Source of the DNA: Thermomicrobiales bacterium
Lineage (GTDB): Bacteria > Chloroflexota > Chloroflexia > Thermomicrobiales > UBA6265
Direction of reading: 5' to 3'
Assembly (NCBI GenBank): GCA_042408955.1
Contig: JBHOQQ010000172.1
Coordinates: 12,798-76,797 of the forward strand
Length of the DNA: 64,000 nucleotides
Shown here: positions 37,718 through 47,191 of the stretch, one piece after another
Position numbering within the stretch: the first letter of the stretch is position 1
Layout of the letters: the number at the start of each line of letters is the position of its first letter
The notes under the pieces: model-generated
Database searches by the model: none
Told to the model about the DNA's origin: nothing
What the model saw: only the letters and a program-made list of their open reading frames with translations
Position numbers and translations under genes: made by a program

Positions 37718-38545
37718 CTAATTGCTCCGAAAGCGCTTGAGGAAGGTCTGGAGACGGGCCGTCTTCGGGTTGTCGAGCACATCTGCTGGCGGCCCTTGCT
37801 CGACCACCACACCCTCGTCCATAAAGACGATGCGATCGGCTGCTTCTCGCGCAAAGAGCATCTCGTGGGTAACGACGATCATGGTCACGCCGTGGCTAGC
37901 AGCCAAGTCTTCCATCACTTCGAGCACCTCACCGACTAGTTCCGGATCGAGTGCCGAGGTGACCTCGTCGAAGAGCATCACCTTCGGCTCCATGGCCAAA
38001 GCCCGCGCGATCGCCACGCGCTGTTGTTGCCCGCCGGAAAGCTGGGAGGGGTAACTATTCGCCTTATCCGCTAGTCCCACTCGTGCCAGCAGCTCCATTC
38101 CCCGCTGCTTGGCAACCTCGTTCGCAACCTTCCTGACCTTGATCGGGCCAAAGGTGACATTTTCCAGCGCCGTCATGTGCGGGAACAGGTTGAACTGCTG
38201 GAACACCATCGCCGTTTCGGTGCGCAGCCGGGCGATCTCCTTCTCTGGGGCTGGAACCAGCTTGCCGTTGCGCTCCCGATACCCAACAAGCTGGCCACCG
38301 ACCCAGATCCGCCCCTCTTGATACGTTTCCAGGAAATTGATGCAGCGAAGCAATGTCGTCTTGCCGGATCCACTCGGCCCGATGATACAGACCACTTCAC
38401 CGGTCGCTACGTCAAGGTCCACACCGCGAAGGACATGGAGCCCACCATACCATTTGTGAACTCCCGCGATGCGCACCATCGGTGTTGTCGTCGCTGGCGC
38501 AACAGCGGCAGAAGCCAGTGTTCCTGTCGTGCGGTTATCGTCCAT
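37718..38545 (-). CDS. Polar amino-acid ABC transporter ATP-binding protein
   Basis: Walker [16 protein letters not shown], signature [15 protein letters not shown], Walker [20 protein letters not shown] lies 6 nt before ATG 38545. The 491-aa ORF running to 39193 is an upstream read-on. Confidence 0.9.
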   Translation of the reverse strand: MDDNRTTGTLASAAVAPATTTPMVRIAGVHKWYGGLHVLRGVDLDVATGEVVCIIGPSGSGKTTLLRCINFLETYQEGRIWVGGQLVGYRERNGKLVPAPEKEIARLRTETAMVFQQFNLFPHMTALENVTFGPIKVRKVANEVAKQRGMELLARVGLADKANSYPSQLSGGQQQRVAIARALAMEPKVMLFDEVTSALDPELVGEVLEVMEDLAASHGVTMIVVTHEMLFAREAADRIVFMDEGVVVEQGPPADVLDNPKTARLQTFLKRFRSN

Positions 38546-38577
38546 TTGGCGCTCCTCGCCAGACCAATTGCTCCTCA

Positions 38578-39225
38578 TTATGCCAATCCCACGCGTGTTC
38601 GACGGCCCAGCCAGGCTCCAGCGCGGGAGATGGCAAGGCAGCAGAGGAAATAGACAGCCATCGCCGTCACGTAGAATGCAATGTAATGGCCCTTGGCGCT
38701 GGCACGCTTTTGCACGGTAAAGAGAAAGTCGGCCTGACTGACGAGCACCGCAAGAGACGTCCCCTTGAACATATCGACAGCAAGGTTCGTCCACGGCGGA
38801 ATCATCAACGGCACTGCCTGCGGCAAGAGAACATAAAACAATCGAGGCCAAAACGTGAGTCCCAGCGATTTGGCCGCGTCGATTTGACCTCGTGGAATCG
38901 TCGCGATCGCTCCCCGGACGATTTCCGACATGTGCGCTCCCGCAAAAATCGCCAGCGCAAGCGAAATAGATTGAAACGAGCTCAGGTTGATGCCATATGC
39001 CACGGGGCCGTAGAAGAGCAGAAAGATGGTGACGATGAGCGGCACTCCGCGGATGATGTCCACGTAGGCGCGGAGCACCGGGCGCACGGCTGCCGGACCA
39101 TAGAGCAACCCGACTCCACCCAAGATCCCAATCGCGGTCCCGAGCACGATCACCACCGCAAATAGGCGCAGGGTATATTGCAACCCCTGCCACAGAAGCT
39201 CCCGGTTATCCCAAACGACGTCCAC
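38578..39225 (-). CDS. Amino-acid ABC transporter permease (HisM/GlnP type)
   Basis: ...[23 protein letters not shown]...[42 protein letters not shown]. Confidence 0.9.
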   Translation of the reverse strand: MDVVWDNRELLWQGLQYTLRLFAVVIVLGTAIGILGGVGLLYGPAAVRPVLRAYVDIIRGVPLIVTIFLLFYGPVAYGINLSSFQSISLALAIFAGAHMSEIVRGAIATIPRGQIDAAKSLGLTFWPRLFYVLLPQAVPLMIPPWTNLAVDMFKGTSLAVLVSQADFLFTVQKRASAKGHYIAFYVTAMAVYFLCCLAISRAGAWLGRRTRVGLA

Positions 39226-39240
39226 ATCGGCCTCCGTCGC

Positions 39241-40002
39241 CTAGACCGACCACTTGATGCGCCCTTCGAGGAAGCGCAAGCTGAAGGCAAGGAACCATGC
39301 CGTCACGAGATAGAGTAGGCCGGCTGCCGCCCAACCCTCGATTGGACGGAAGAAATCGGTATTCACCTTGTTCGCGGCAAAGCTAAGCTCCCGGACACCG
39401 ATGAAAAATGCGATGCCCGTGTCCTTGAACAGGGAGATGAAGGTGTTGCTGAGCGACGGGAGCACTGCCCGCAGCATGATTGGCAGCGTCACATGCCTGG
39501 CAATTTGCAGGCGCGTCAGGCCAAGTGATCGCCCCGCATCCAAATAGCGGCGTCCAACCGACATGATCCCTGCCCGGAAGATCTCGGTGAGGTAGGCGCC
39601 TGCATAAATAGAAAGCGCCACCATGAAGGTGCGCTCCGGCGTGGGCAAGAGGTCGAGCACGAGTTCTTGCCCTGTTGACCGGCGTGGAAAAGCCTGGGGG
39701 AGGCCAAAGTGAAAGATGAAGACAAGTAAGAGGAGGGGAACATTGCGAACCAGCTCGACGTAGGCGGTCACCACCGACTCGGCCAGCTTGTTGCCAGAGG
39801 ACCGCAGGAACGCGCCGATGATCCCAATGACCGAGCCGAAAGCGAGTCCAACCAGGGCAAGCTTGAGCGCCAGAATCAGGCCGTCAATAAACCATTCTCT
39901 ATTGTCGAGCACGTATTCCCAACGCACCTGGTAGGGCAAGCGAATGCCCCAGATTAATGGAGTGAGCCAGTGCTCTGCCACCACGTTACCGATCATCAAC
40001 AC
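39241..40002 (-). CDS. Amino-acid ABC transporter permease (HisQ/GlnP type)
   Basis: ...VTAYVELVRNVPLLLLVFIFHFGLP...GAYLTEIFRAGIMSVGRRYLDAGRSLGLTRLQIARHVTLP. Confidence 0.9.
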   Translation of the reverse strand: MLMIGNVVAEHWLTPLIWGIRLPYQVRWEYVLDNREWFIDGLILALKLALVGLAFGSVIGIIGAFLRSSGNKLAESVVTAYVELVRNVPLLLLVFIFHFGLPQAFPRRSTGQELVLDLLPTPERTFMVALSIYAGAYLTEIFRAGIMSVGRRYLDAGRSLGLTRLQIARHVTLPIMLRAVLPSLSNTFISLFKDTGIAFFIGVRELSFAANKVNTDFFRPIEGWAAAGLLYLVTAWFLAFSLRFLEGRIKWSV

Positions 40003-40175
40003 GCCTCGTTACACGCTGCCACACGGTCCGGTGGTTCGATGCAGTGCCATGTCGTGTTAGAGTTGTGCCTCATTCCTCTGGTCGGATCCTGTCGTGTCGG
40101 CACGCATTGCTCACGACATGCGCGTGCCGCCCACCGAGGGCAGGCGGCACGCTGCGATTGTGCAACGTCTGAGAG

Positions 40176-41096
40176 CTACTTGAACTCGACGGGGAACCCG
40201 GCGGACGGAGGCGCAAGATCAACCCCAAACCATCGCTTGAAGCTCGCCTGATAGAGCGAGAAATCCAAACCTACCAAAAGCTCGTGAATCGCAGAGTTGA
40301 GGAAGTTCAGCCAGATCTGATCGCCTGGCTTGACCGATGCTGCGTAGGTCTGCGGTGACCACGATTCTGGCACATACTTGTATTTGTCCGGGTTTTGCGC
40401 ACTGAACCACTGACCGGTCGAAAGATCGATGGCCGTTCCATCGACGCGGCCAGCGTCCAGAGCGGCGACGGAGTCGGCCACGGACGGCACCTGGATAACT
40501 TCGGCATCGGGCACGCCCGTCCAGACCAGCTCGTCGGCCCCCACGTTCTGCAAGATTGCGATCTTGAGCTTCTTGCCCTGCAAATCCGCCAGCGTGTTAT
40601 AGGGAGAATCCGCAAGCAAGAGGATCGTCACGGCCTCACGATAATAGGGAATGGTGAATTCTACCTGCGTGGCGCGGGCAGCCGTCACCGTCATGAACTG
40701 GAAGTTGACATCAACCTTGTCAGTGAGCAGGTTCGGGATGCGCTGGTTCGCTTCCTGAACAACGAACTCGATGTAGTCCCGTGGTTTTTCCGTGCGCCGA
40801 TCTTCCTGGGACAAGCCAAAGAGCCCGCCTGCGACCAGCTTTGCCATATCGATGTCCATACCGATCAACTGGCCATTATCATCCTCAAAGTGCCACGGCG
40901 GATTCGCAGCGCCTGTCCCGACAATGAGCTTCCCACGATCAAGGACTTTCTTGAGCCGGCTGTCGTCAACGCTGTCAATTGCTCGCGCTCGGTGCGCCGG
41001 AAACCCCGCTGCCGTCACGACCGCTCCGGTTGCGGCCGCCCCCGAGACAATGAGCCGCCGGCGATTGGTGAGTCCACTCAACCGCTCCCTGAACAT
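40176..41096 (-). CDS. Amino-acid ABC transporter substrate-binding protein (family 3), Tat-type signal
   Basis: MFRERLSGLTNRRRLIVSGAAATGAVVTAAGFPAHRARA, then LIVGTGAANPPWHFEDDNGQLIGMDIDMAKLVA. Confidence 0.85.
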   Translation of the reverse strand: MFRERLSGLTNRRRLIVSGAAATGAVVTAAGFPAHRARAIDSVDDSRLKKVLDRGKLIVGTGAANPPWHFEDDNGQLIGMDIDMAKLVAGGLFGLSQEDRRTEKPRDYIEFVVQEANQRIPNLLTDKVDVNFQFMTVTAARATQVEFTIPYYREAVTILLLADSPYNTLADLQGKKLKIAILQNVGADELVWTGVPDAEVIQVPSVADSVAALDAGRVDGTAIDLSTGQWFSAQNPDKYKYVPESWSPQTYAASVKPGDQIWLNFLNSAIHELLVGLDFSLYQASFKRWFGVDLAPPSAGFPVEFK

Positions 41097-41287
41097 GGCA
41101 CACTTCTCCTTCTCTGACAGCCGTGGCACCCTGCCCAGGATGCGCCACGGCCCCGACGTCCGCCCGGTGTTGCAGGCAAATGATTGTCTACCGAAGGGTC
41201 ATCTCATGTCAACAGAGATACAATCCCTGGCAAAGTGATTTTCATCGGTGGCGCGGCGCATGAGTGCCCAATCGGAGGGAGGTTGGA

Positions 41288-42478
41288 GTGGAGATCTACC
41301 GGCGCTTAGGGGTTCGGCCCGTCATCAACTGCGCGACAACGTATACGCGCCTGGGTGGCTCGATCATGGCGCCGAGCGTCGCACAAGCGATCGCAGACGC
41401 CGCTGGATGTTTTGTCAATGTCTTTGAGCTGCAAGAGGCGGTCGGCCGCCGGCTTGCCGAGCTGACGCGCAATGAAGCGGCCTATGTCAGCAACGGTGCC
41501 GCGGCCGGCTTGGCCTTGGCGACCGCGGCCTGTATCACCGGCGAGGATGTCGCCCTTATGGCCCGGCTGCCAAACAACCTCAATGGCCTCAAAAACGAGG
41601 TGGTCGTTCATCGCTCGCAACGGAATTGGTATGACATCGCTATCCGGCAAGTCGGGGTCAAGCTCGTCGAGATTGGTCACACGATGGAGACGCAGCCGTG
41701 GGAACTCGATGATGCCATCAACGAGCGCACGGCGGCGGTCGTCTACTTTGCCGGTAGTCACCTCAACCGAAACACGCTGCCCCTGCCGTTCGTGATCGAG
41801 CGCGCCCATGCCCGGGGTGTGCCCGTGATCGTGGACGCTGCCGCTCAGCTTCCTCCGGTTTCGAATTTGTGGCACTTCACCACGGACCTCGGTGCCGACG
41901 TCGCCATCTTTAGTGGTGGCAAAGGACTTGCGGGCCCGCAGAACAGCGGCCTGGTCGTGGGGCGTGAAGCTATCATCCGGGCGATCTGGCTGAATGGCCC
42001 GCCGTATCAACGATTCGGGCGAGCGATGAAGGTCGCGAAAGAAACGATGATCGGCCTGCTTGCCGCGGTCGAGCTCTATGTATCTACCGATCATGCGGCT
42101 CGAGCGGCAGAGTGGAGCGCGGTCGTGGATTCCTGGCGGAGCGCGTGGCAAGCTTGCTTGGCGCCAGGCATAACACTCTGGCGCGAGGAGACGAATGAAG
42201 CCGGTGAGCCGGTTCCCCGGCTGCTCCTCCGGTTCGGAGCGGAAGCACCCCTCGACCGGGACCAGATGGTCGAGCTGCTTCGCTCCGGCGATCCAGCGAT
42301 CGAGGTGGTGCTGAAAGACCCGACGAGCGTTGCCTTCAGTCCGCACCTGCTCCAGCCTGGTGAGTCCGTCCAGGTGCAGGAACGTGTCGTTCAGATCCTG
42401 CGCGCTAGCCAATCAGACGGAAGGCCGGTGGCGGAAACCTTCGCAGGTGCCCATACACATACCAGACACCTGGCCTGA
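41288..42478 (+). CDS. SelA-fold PLP-dependent enzyme (SelA-related/DgaE-like, not a selenocysteine synthase context)
   Basis: VINCATTYTRLGGSIMAPSVAQAIADAAGCFVNVFELQEAVGRRLAELT...GAAAGLALATAAC...VIVDAAAQLPP...IFSGGKGLAGPQNSG. GGAGGGAGG lies 5-6 nt before GTG 41288. Confidence 0.7.
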   Translation: MEIYRRLGVRPVINCATTYTRLGGSIMAPSVAQAIADAAGCFVNVFELQEAVGRRLAELTRNEAAYVSNGAAAGLALATAACITGEDVALMARLPNNLNGLKNEVVVHRSQRNWYDIAIRQVGVKLVEIGHTMETQPWELDDAINERTAAVVYFAGSHLNRNTLPLPFVIERAHARGVPVIVDAAAQLPPVSNLWHFTTDLGADVAIFSGGKGLAGPQNSGLVVGREAIIRAIWLNGPPYQRFGRAMKVAKETMIGLLAAVELYVSTDHAARAAEWSAVVDSWRSAWQACLAPGITLWREETNEAGEPVPRLLLRFGAEAPLDRDQMVELLRSGDPAIEVVLKDPTSVAFSPHLLQPGESVQVQERVVQILRASQSDGRPVAETFAGAHTHTRHLA

Positions 42479-42568
42479 GACTTGACAAGCTGGCTCGGCA
42501 GGAAGGATTGTTGAGCAAACGTGGCCGCGGCACGTGGGGCCTGTCTTGGCGTCCGGCGGAGGGAATCT

Positions 42569-43132
42569 ATGGGTGCTCGGTTTCTGGTTCGCGCAACCAG
42601 TCTTGCCGTCCTCATTGGTCTGGGTATCGCGGTAGCTGGGGCCGCCCCGTCACGCTTGGCGAGCGCTCGTCTGCAGGAAGCGACGCCCGCGGCCGAGCCC
42701 ACGCAAACCGAGCAGACATCGCGGGAGCGCATCGTTACGCTTGTTGCCTGGTATGCGCCCGATCCTTCAGGTGAATTCCTTACCATCGGGCCACTCCAGA
42801 CGAATCAGTTTCTGGTGGCCGGCCCTGCCACGCCAGATGATCGCACCCTGACCGGCCGCGCCGACTTTGACGATCCGGACAACAATGACCTGCCGCGCAT
42901 CACCCTGGGAGATTCCGTATTTGACGCCTACCCCGTCTATGAAGGCGATCCGGCCTCAGTCTTTCGCTGGTTGTACTTCAATGACGAGCCAGGGCAGCGG
43001 CCAGGCACGCTGGTCATGCAGATTGAGGCCAAAGCCGGACCGTATGAAGGCTATATTGGCACAGCGACCTTCGTCTCGCGCGCGGCAGAATCGGGCGGTG
43101 TGCTGGTGATCGTGCTCCGGCCAGCGGAGTAG
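42569..43132 (+). CDS. Hypothetical secreted protein
   Basis: Signal-like MGARFLVRATSLAVLIGLGIAVAGAAP. I recognised no family. The frame is coherent and the gene is followed by a terminator hairpin. Confidence 0.45.
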   Translation: MGARFLVRATSLAVLIGLGIAVAGAAPSRLASARLQEATPAAEPTQTEQTSRERIVTLVAWYAPDPSGEFLTIGPLQTNQFLVAGPATPDDRTLTGRADFDDPDNNDLPRITLGDSVFDAYPVYEGDPASVFRWLYFNDEPGQRPGTLVMQIEAKAGPYEGYIGTATFVSRAAESGGVLVIVLRPAE

Positions 43133-43158
43133 CCATCAATCCGAACGCGACAACACCA

Positions 43159-43188
43159 GATCGGGCACCCCGGCTGGAGTGCCCGATC
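43159..43188. terminator. Bidirectional stem-loop between convergent genes
   Basis: GATCGGGCAC (43159-43168) pairs perfectly with GTGCCCGATC (43179-43188), with a 10-nt loop. It lies between the stops at 43132 and 43263. Confidence 0.6.
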
Positions 43189-43262
43189 GGTCTTGGTGGG
43201 GAGGAGCGCTTGCGTCTTGTCGTCAGGGCGCCACGCCGCCTTGATGCGGCTGGCACCTCCGC

Positions 43263-45248
43263 TCACGACCCGATGGAGCCGCCACCGAGCTTTTGAATCG
43301 CAACGACGGCAGGCCGTGGCGGCGTGCTCGTTCCGGGCCACGTGGTCAGCGGTCGCTCATACGTGCCACCTTCCCCAGGGTGCTGGATCGACACGAAGAG
43401 GGTCGTGCCATCCGGAGTAAAGCAGAGACTTGCCGATTCGGCCCCGGGTACGGCGCTAAAGAACTGGCGCAAATAGCCGCGGTTGCTGCCATCCACTGGC
43501 ACCGCGAATACCCCATCGTTGACCTCGAGTGAGTTCGGCTGCCCGTCCGTCGAGATCCAGAGATTCCCTTGTGGATCAAATGCGAGGTTATCCGGGTTGG
43601 CAACTGCGCTGACCTTTTCCTTCGGAAAGCCAGCGAAGTAGGTGGATTCGTCCTCTGGATCGCCACAGAGGATAACGATCTCCCAGCGGAACGTCGTGGC
43701 AGCGTGGTCGCCGCCGTCCTCCGCGAGCTCAATAATGTGTCCCCAAGCGTTGTTGGCGCGCGGATTGGCGGCATCGACGCCCGGGTACCCCTCGGTGCCG
43801 CGCCTGGTGTTGTTCGTGAGCGCCATGTACACCCGGCCGTTGATCGGGCTAATTTCGATATCCTCGGGCCGGTCCATCTTGGTCGCGCCCAGCGCGTCAG
43901 CCGCCAGCCGCGTCTTGATCAGCACGTCCGCCTGCGAGGTGAACCCATTCGCCTCGGTCAACGGCCCTTGGCCAAACACGAGCGGCAGCCATTCACCCGT
44001 GCCGTCGTCATTGAACTTGGCGGCATAGAGCACGCCGTCGTCCAGCAGATCCATGTTCGCCGCCCGGTCATTCGGGTTATAGGCTCCGGTGCTGACGAAC
44101 TTGTAGACATAGTCGAAGCGCTCATCATCGCCCATGTACAGCGCGACCCGGCCATCCGGCGCGATCCCGACGGTCACCCCCTCATGCTTGAAGCGCCCAA
44201 GGGCCGTTCGCTTCTTCGGTGTTGATTGCGGATCGTACGGATCGATCTCGACCGCCCAACCGAACCGGAACGGCTCGTTCGGCTCCTTCGTCAGATCGAA
44301 GCGGTCATAAAACTGCTCCCAGCGCCGCTCCGACGCCGCTTCAGGCAAACCGTACCGTTCATGCACGGGAATGGCGGGATGGGATGCGTCCAGGCTGCCA
44401 AGATTGGCGAAGTATTGGTGGAAATTCTCTTCGCAGGTGACAAACGTACCCCACGGCGTGAGGCCTCCAGCGCAATTGTTGAGCGTGCCGGCCACAGTCG
44501 TGCCGCTCGCATCGGCGCTGGTCACAAGCCAGGGATGACCCAGCGCCGGACCGCTGATGGTCGTGGGCGTCGTTGCGGTGATCCGGCGGTTGTATGGGGA
44601 ATCCTTGACGACTGTCCAGCGCCCTCCCTCGTCGCGCTTGATTTCGATGATGGTGACGCCGTGTGCCTGGAGCTCGATATCAACAATGCGCTGGGTTGGA
44701 TTGGGGAGAAACTCGGGAATGTCCTCAGCTCCCTCTTTGTATTCCGGGTTTGGTGTCAAATAGCCAGGAAACATGAGCTCCGGGTTCGTGTATTCGTGGT
44801 TGATGACGAGTAAGCCATGATCGCTGTTGGTTGAGCCAAGCGGAAGCGGCAAGAAGCCAAGGAAATCGTTATTGTAACCAATCATCTTGGCCTGGAGCTC
44901 TGGTGTCAGCATCTGAATATCAAATGCGGCAACGTCAGCGCTCAGGCCATCGCCCCAGGAGACGAACACCTCCGCCTGGTAGCCTGGAGCCACTTTGATG
45001 TTGGCACCGGTGTCGGCGGCGATTGGCTCGAACGTCAGCGAATCCTGGCCAGTCACTGGGCTCGCATCTTGTGCGTGCGCTTGGTGCCCGAGCACCGGAC
45101 CAGTCAGCACCACCGCCGAGAGAGCCGCTCCGCCCCTAAGCAGATCCCGGCGGCTGAAGCGCCGTGTCATCACCGATAGGAGAGTCTCGCCACGTCCAGC
45201 CGCCGAGTAGACCTGCCGTTTACCACCTTCGTAGTCAATCTCCCTCAC
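43263..45248 (-). CDS. phoX: PhoX-family (DUF839) alkaline phosphatase, Tat signal
   Basis: MTRRFSRRDLLRGGAALSAVVL twin-arginine leader; NNCAGGLTPWGTFVTCEEN and beta-propeller-like repeats. GTG 45248 has AAGGAGG 7 nt upstream; ATG 45170 is the alternative. The ORF open to 45641 is a read-on. Confidence 0.8.
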   Translation of the reverse strand: MREIDYEGGKRQVYSAAGRGETLLSVMTRRFSRRDLLRGGAALSAVVLTGPVLGHQAHAQDASPVTGQDSLTFEPIAADTGANIKVAPGYQAEVFVSWGDGLSADVAAFDIQMLTPELQAKMIGYNNDFLGFLPLPLGSTNSDHGLLVINHEYTNPELMFPGYLTPNPEYKEGAEDIPEFLPNPTQRIVDIELQAHGVTIIEIKRDEGGRWTVVKDSPYNRRITATTPTTISGPALGHPWLVTSADASGTTVAGTLNNCAGGLTPWGTFVTCEENFHQYFANLGSLDASHPAIPVHERYGLPEAASERRWEQFYDRFDLTKEPNEPFRFGWAVEIDPYDPQSTPKKRTALGRFKHEGVTVGIAPDGRVALYMGDDERFDYVYKFVSTGAYNPNDRAANMDLLDDGVLYAAKFNDDGTGEWLPLVFGQGPLTEANGFTSQADVLIKTRLAADALGATKMDRPEDIEISPINGRVYMALTNNTRRGTEGYPGVDAANPRANNAWGHIIELAEDGGDHAATTFRWEIVILCGDPEDESTYFAGFPKEKVSAVANPDNLAFDPQGNLWISTDGQPNSLEVNDGVFAVPVDGSNRGYLRQFFSAVPGAESASLCFTPDGTTLFVSIQHPGEGGTYERPLTTWPGTSTPPRPAVVAIQKLGGGSIGS

Positions 45249-45493
45249 AGCTTCTCCTCCTTGGAGACCACTCTCGTCCTCCGCGGTTCGGGCTTGCTGC
45301 TGGCCCGGCCGCCCTCTGCTGACGATCGTACGGCAGCGGCGCTGCGCGAATGTCAAGAAACGGTCAACTCCTTGCAAGATCACCGTGCTCAACCTCGCTT
45401 CCGCTAGCTTGACGAGGAAAACAGAAGCTGCCAGCATGACCGATTGTGTCGCCCGGAACCGCGCGGGCGCGAAGGAACAAACGACGGAGAAGC

Positions 45494-46159
45494 ATGAGGA
45501 CGGTGGAGACCCCGACATCGCTTGTACGCACGAACGAGACGCTTGACGTGATTCACCAGCGCCGGAGCATCGGCAAGATGCTGCCCGACCGGCCACCCCG
45601 CGAGCTGATCGAGCAGATCCTCGACGCAGCCACCTGGGCACCCTGCCACCATGTCACCGACCCTTGGCGCTTCGTGGTGCTGGCCGGCAGTGCGCGCGAG
45701 GAGCTTGGCGCGATCATGGCGCGCAGCAAAGCACAAGGGCGGGATCTGACGGACGAGACAGTCCGCGCCGCAGTCGAGCGCGAGCGGGCAAAGCCCTTGC
45801 GCGCTCCGGTGATCATCGTGGTGGGAATCGAGCCATCGAATCATCCCAAAGCCATCGAGATTGAGGAGATTGCCGCTGGGGCCGCCGCGATTCAAAACAT
45901 GTTGCTGGCAGCCCACAGCCTTGGTCTGGCCACGATCTGGCGCACGGGAGCACCAGCCTACGACCCCGCGGTGAAATCCTGGCTCGGGTTTTCACCCGTG
46001 GCGCACATCCTCGGGTTGATTTACGTGGGCTATCCCGCGGCTGCTCCCCGGCGTGCCCGCCACATCCCGGCCGCCGAGGTCACCCAGTGGCGCGGATGGG
46101 ATGACGATGACCGGCAGCCCTTCCCGGTTGCGCTTGACACCAGCACCGACCGTGGCTAG
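45494..46159 (+). CDS. Nitroreductase family protein
   Basis: LDVIHQRRSIGKMLPDRPPRELIEQILDAATWAPCHHVTDPWRFVVL...AIQNMLLAAHSLGLATIWRTG. Confidence 0.85.
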   Translation: MRTVETPTSLVRTNETLDVIHQRRSIGKMLPDRPPRELIEQILDAATWAPCHHVTDPWRFVVLAGSAREELGAIMARSKAQGRDLTDETVRAAVERERAKPLRAPVIIVVGIEPSNHPKAIEIEEIAAGAAAIQNMLLAAHSLGLATIWRTGAPAYDPAVKSWLGFSPVAHILGLIYVGYPAAAPRRARHIPAAEVTQWRGWDDDDRQPFPVALDTSTDRG

Positions 46160-46178
46160 GCTGAAGTCCTACAAAATA

Positions 46179-46199
46179 GGTCAGAATTAATGTCTGACC
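46179..46199. promoter_or_regulatory. AT-rich palindrome upstream of the first gene of the iron cluster
   Basis: GGTCAGA-ATTAATG-TCTGACC, 7-bp perfect arms, in the 47-nt gap before the DUF3386-like gene. It is the most AT-rich spot in the surrounding region. Confidence 0.3.
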
Positions 46200-46233
46200 A
46201 GAGGCAGTGGTGATCAAAGGAGCAGTGACGCCA

Positions 46234-46908
46234 ATGACCGAAGGGGCAGCAACCGGCATGCTCGGTGACCCGCGTGCCCACCAGATCCTCCAGGCTGCTT
46301 ACCGGCGATCCTATTACTTCCCACGCGATTTCCGCGGATTTTCCGCCAAAGTCCGGTACATGGACGGCACGAGGGATATGAGCGGTGAGGTCCTGGTCCA
46401 CGGCCCGCGGGCGGTCGAGCTCGATTTGCCGGCCCCGGCAGATGTCGTCTCCTGGACGCGGCAGGAGATTGCGTCGCTTATCGGACACCGCTGGCCGGTA
46501 GAGTATGAAGCAAGCGATGGCCGGCACATGCTCACAATCCATGACGACGGTCATCCGCTCGGGTGCCTCATCCGTTTTGCGGATGATCCGTTTGCGTCAT
46601 CGTATCGCGTTGATGATCGCCGCATTACCCAAATCACCCGCACCATGGGCAGTACGCGGTTCGTCATCACGATTCAGGAGCATGCTGTCACCAGCGATGA
46701 GCGCCTGCTGCCGGTGCACTTCACCGTTGTGTATTGGGAGTTGACGACGAACCGGTTGATACGCGCGGACGCGTATTCCGACCAATACGCGGGCATTGAT
46801 GGCCTGTATTTGCCGACGTTGCGCCGTGTGGTGAGCGCCACCGATAGCGGCATCGAAACACGGCAGATTCGTCTGGCAGAACACCGGCTTGTGGAACGCG
46901 TGCAGTAG
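46234..46908 (+). CDS. DUF3386-like hypothetical protein
   Basis: ...AHQILQAAYRRSYYFPRDFRGFSAKVRY...FASSYRVDDRRITQITRTMGSTRFVITIQEH...GLYLPTLRRVV matches my recollection of the DUF3386 pattern. Start is ATG 46234 or GTG 46207. Confidence 0.5.
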   Translation: MTEGAATGMLGDPRAHQILQAAYRRSYYFPRDFRGFSAKVRYMDGTRDMSGEVLVHGPRAVELDLPAPADVVSWTRQEIASLIGHRWPVEYEASDGRHMLTIHDDGHPLGCLIRFADDPFASSYRVDDRRITQITRTMGSTRFVITIQEHAVTSDERLLPVHFTVVYWELTTNRLIRADAYSDQYAGIDGLYLPTLRRVVSATDSGIETRQIRLAEHRLVERVQ

Positions 46909-46986
46909 CGGCAGGTGCGCTCCACCTGCGAGTGCCACGCGCTCCGCGATTGCGAATCCGTGCCGCAAGCGCTTGGAAATCTTGGT

Positions 46987-47023
46987 AATTCTCGCATTTC
47001 ACTGCGAATCTACGTGGTATGAT
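46987..47023 (+). promoter_or_regulatory. Candidate promoter/operator of the HmuT-like operon
   Basis: Extended -10 TGGTATGAT (47015-47023), preceded by the imperfect palindrome AATTCTCGCA-TTTCAC-TGCGAATC (46987-47010). TGCGAATC also occurs at 46951-46958. Confidence 0.3.
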
Positions 47024-47191
47024 CCTCGACGGCATGATCGTGCCATCTTGGTCCGGACGACCGTGGCGCCACCTGTCCGGCCAGTGCTGAACCGAAAGCG
47101 CTCAGCGAGAGTCCGTCACCCCGCAGGGGGCAATGCGGTGGGTCGCAGGGCTCACCACCCTTGGTTCCGGCGCACCGCGCGTGAGGTCCGA

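Noticed and set aside
37718-39193. A 491-aa ORF suggesting a permease-ATPase fusion protein.
   Set aside because: The N-terminal 216 residues are an out-of-frame read-through of the upstream permease gene (Arg/Ser-rich nonsense). A proper AGGAG-ATG start at 38545 yields a normal ~275-aa ABC ATPase.
45249-45641. A 131-codon N-terminal extension of the PhoX ORF (792-aa reading).
   Set aside because: The extension precedes the twin-arginine leader, has no SD and is low complexity. GTG 45248, with AAGGAGG upstream, or ATG 45170 gives a normal Tat preprotein.
47024-47191. Cobalamin riboswitch ahead of the FecCD/BtuF-class ABC operon.
   Set aside because: No B12-box (AGYCMGGAGACCKGCC-like), no AAnAGGGAA and no GGUGnnAAnUCC core elements could be aligned by eye. 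Reported only as an unclassified structured leader.
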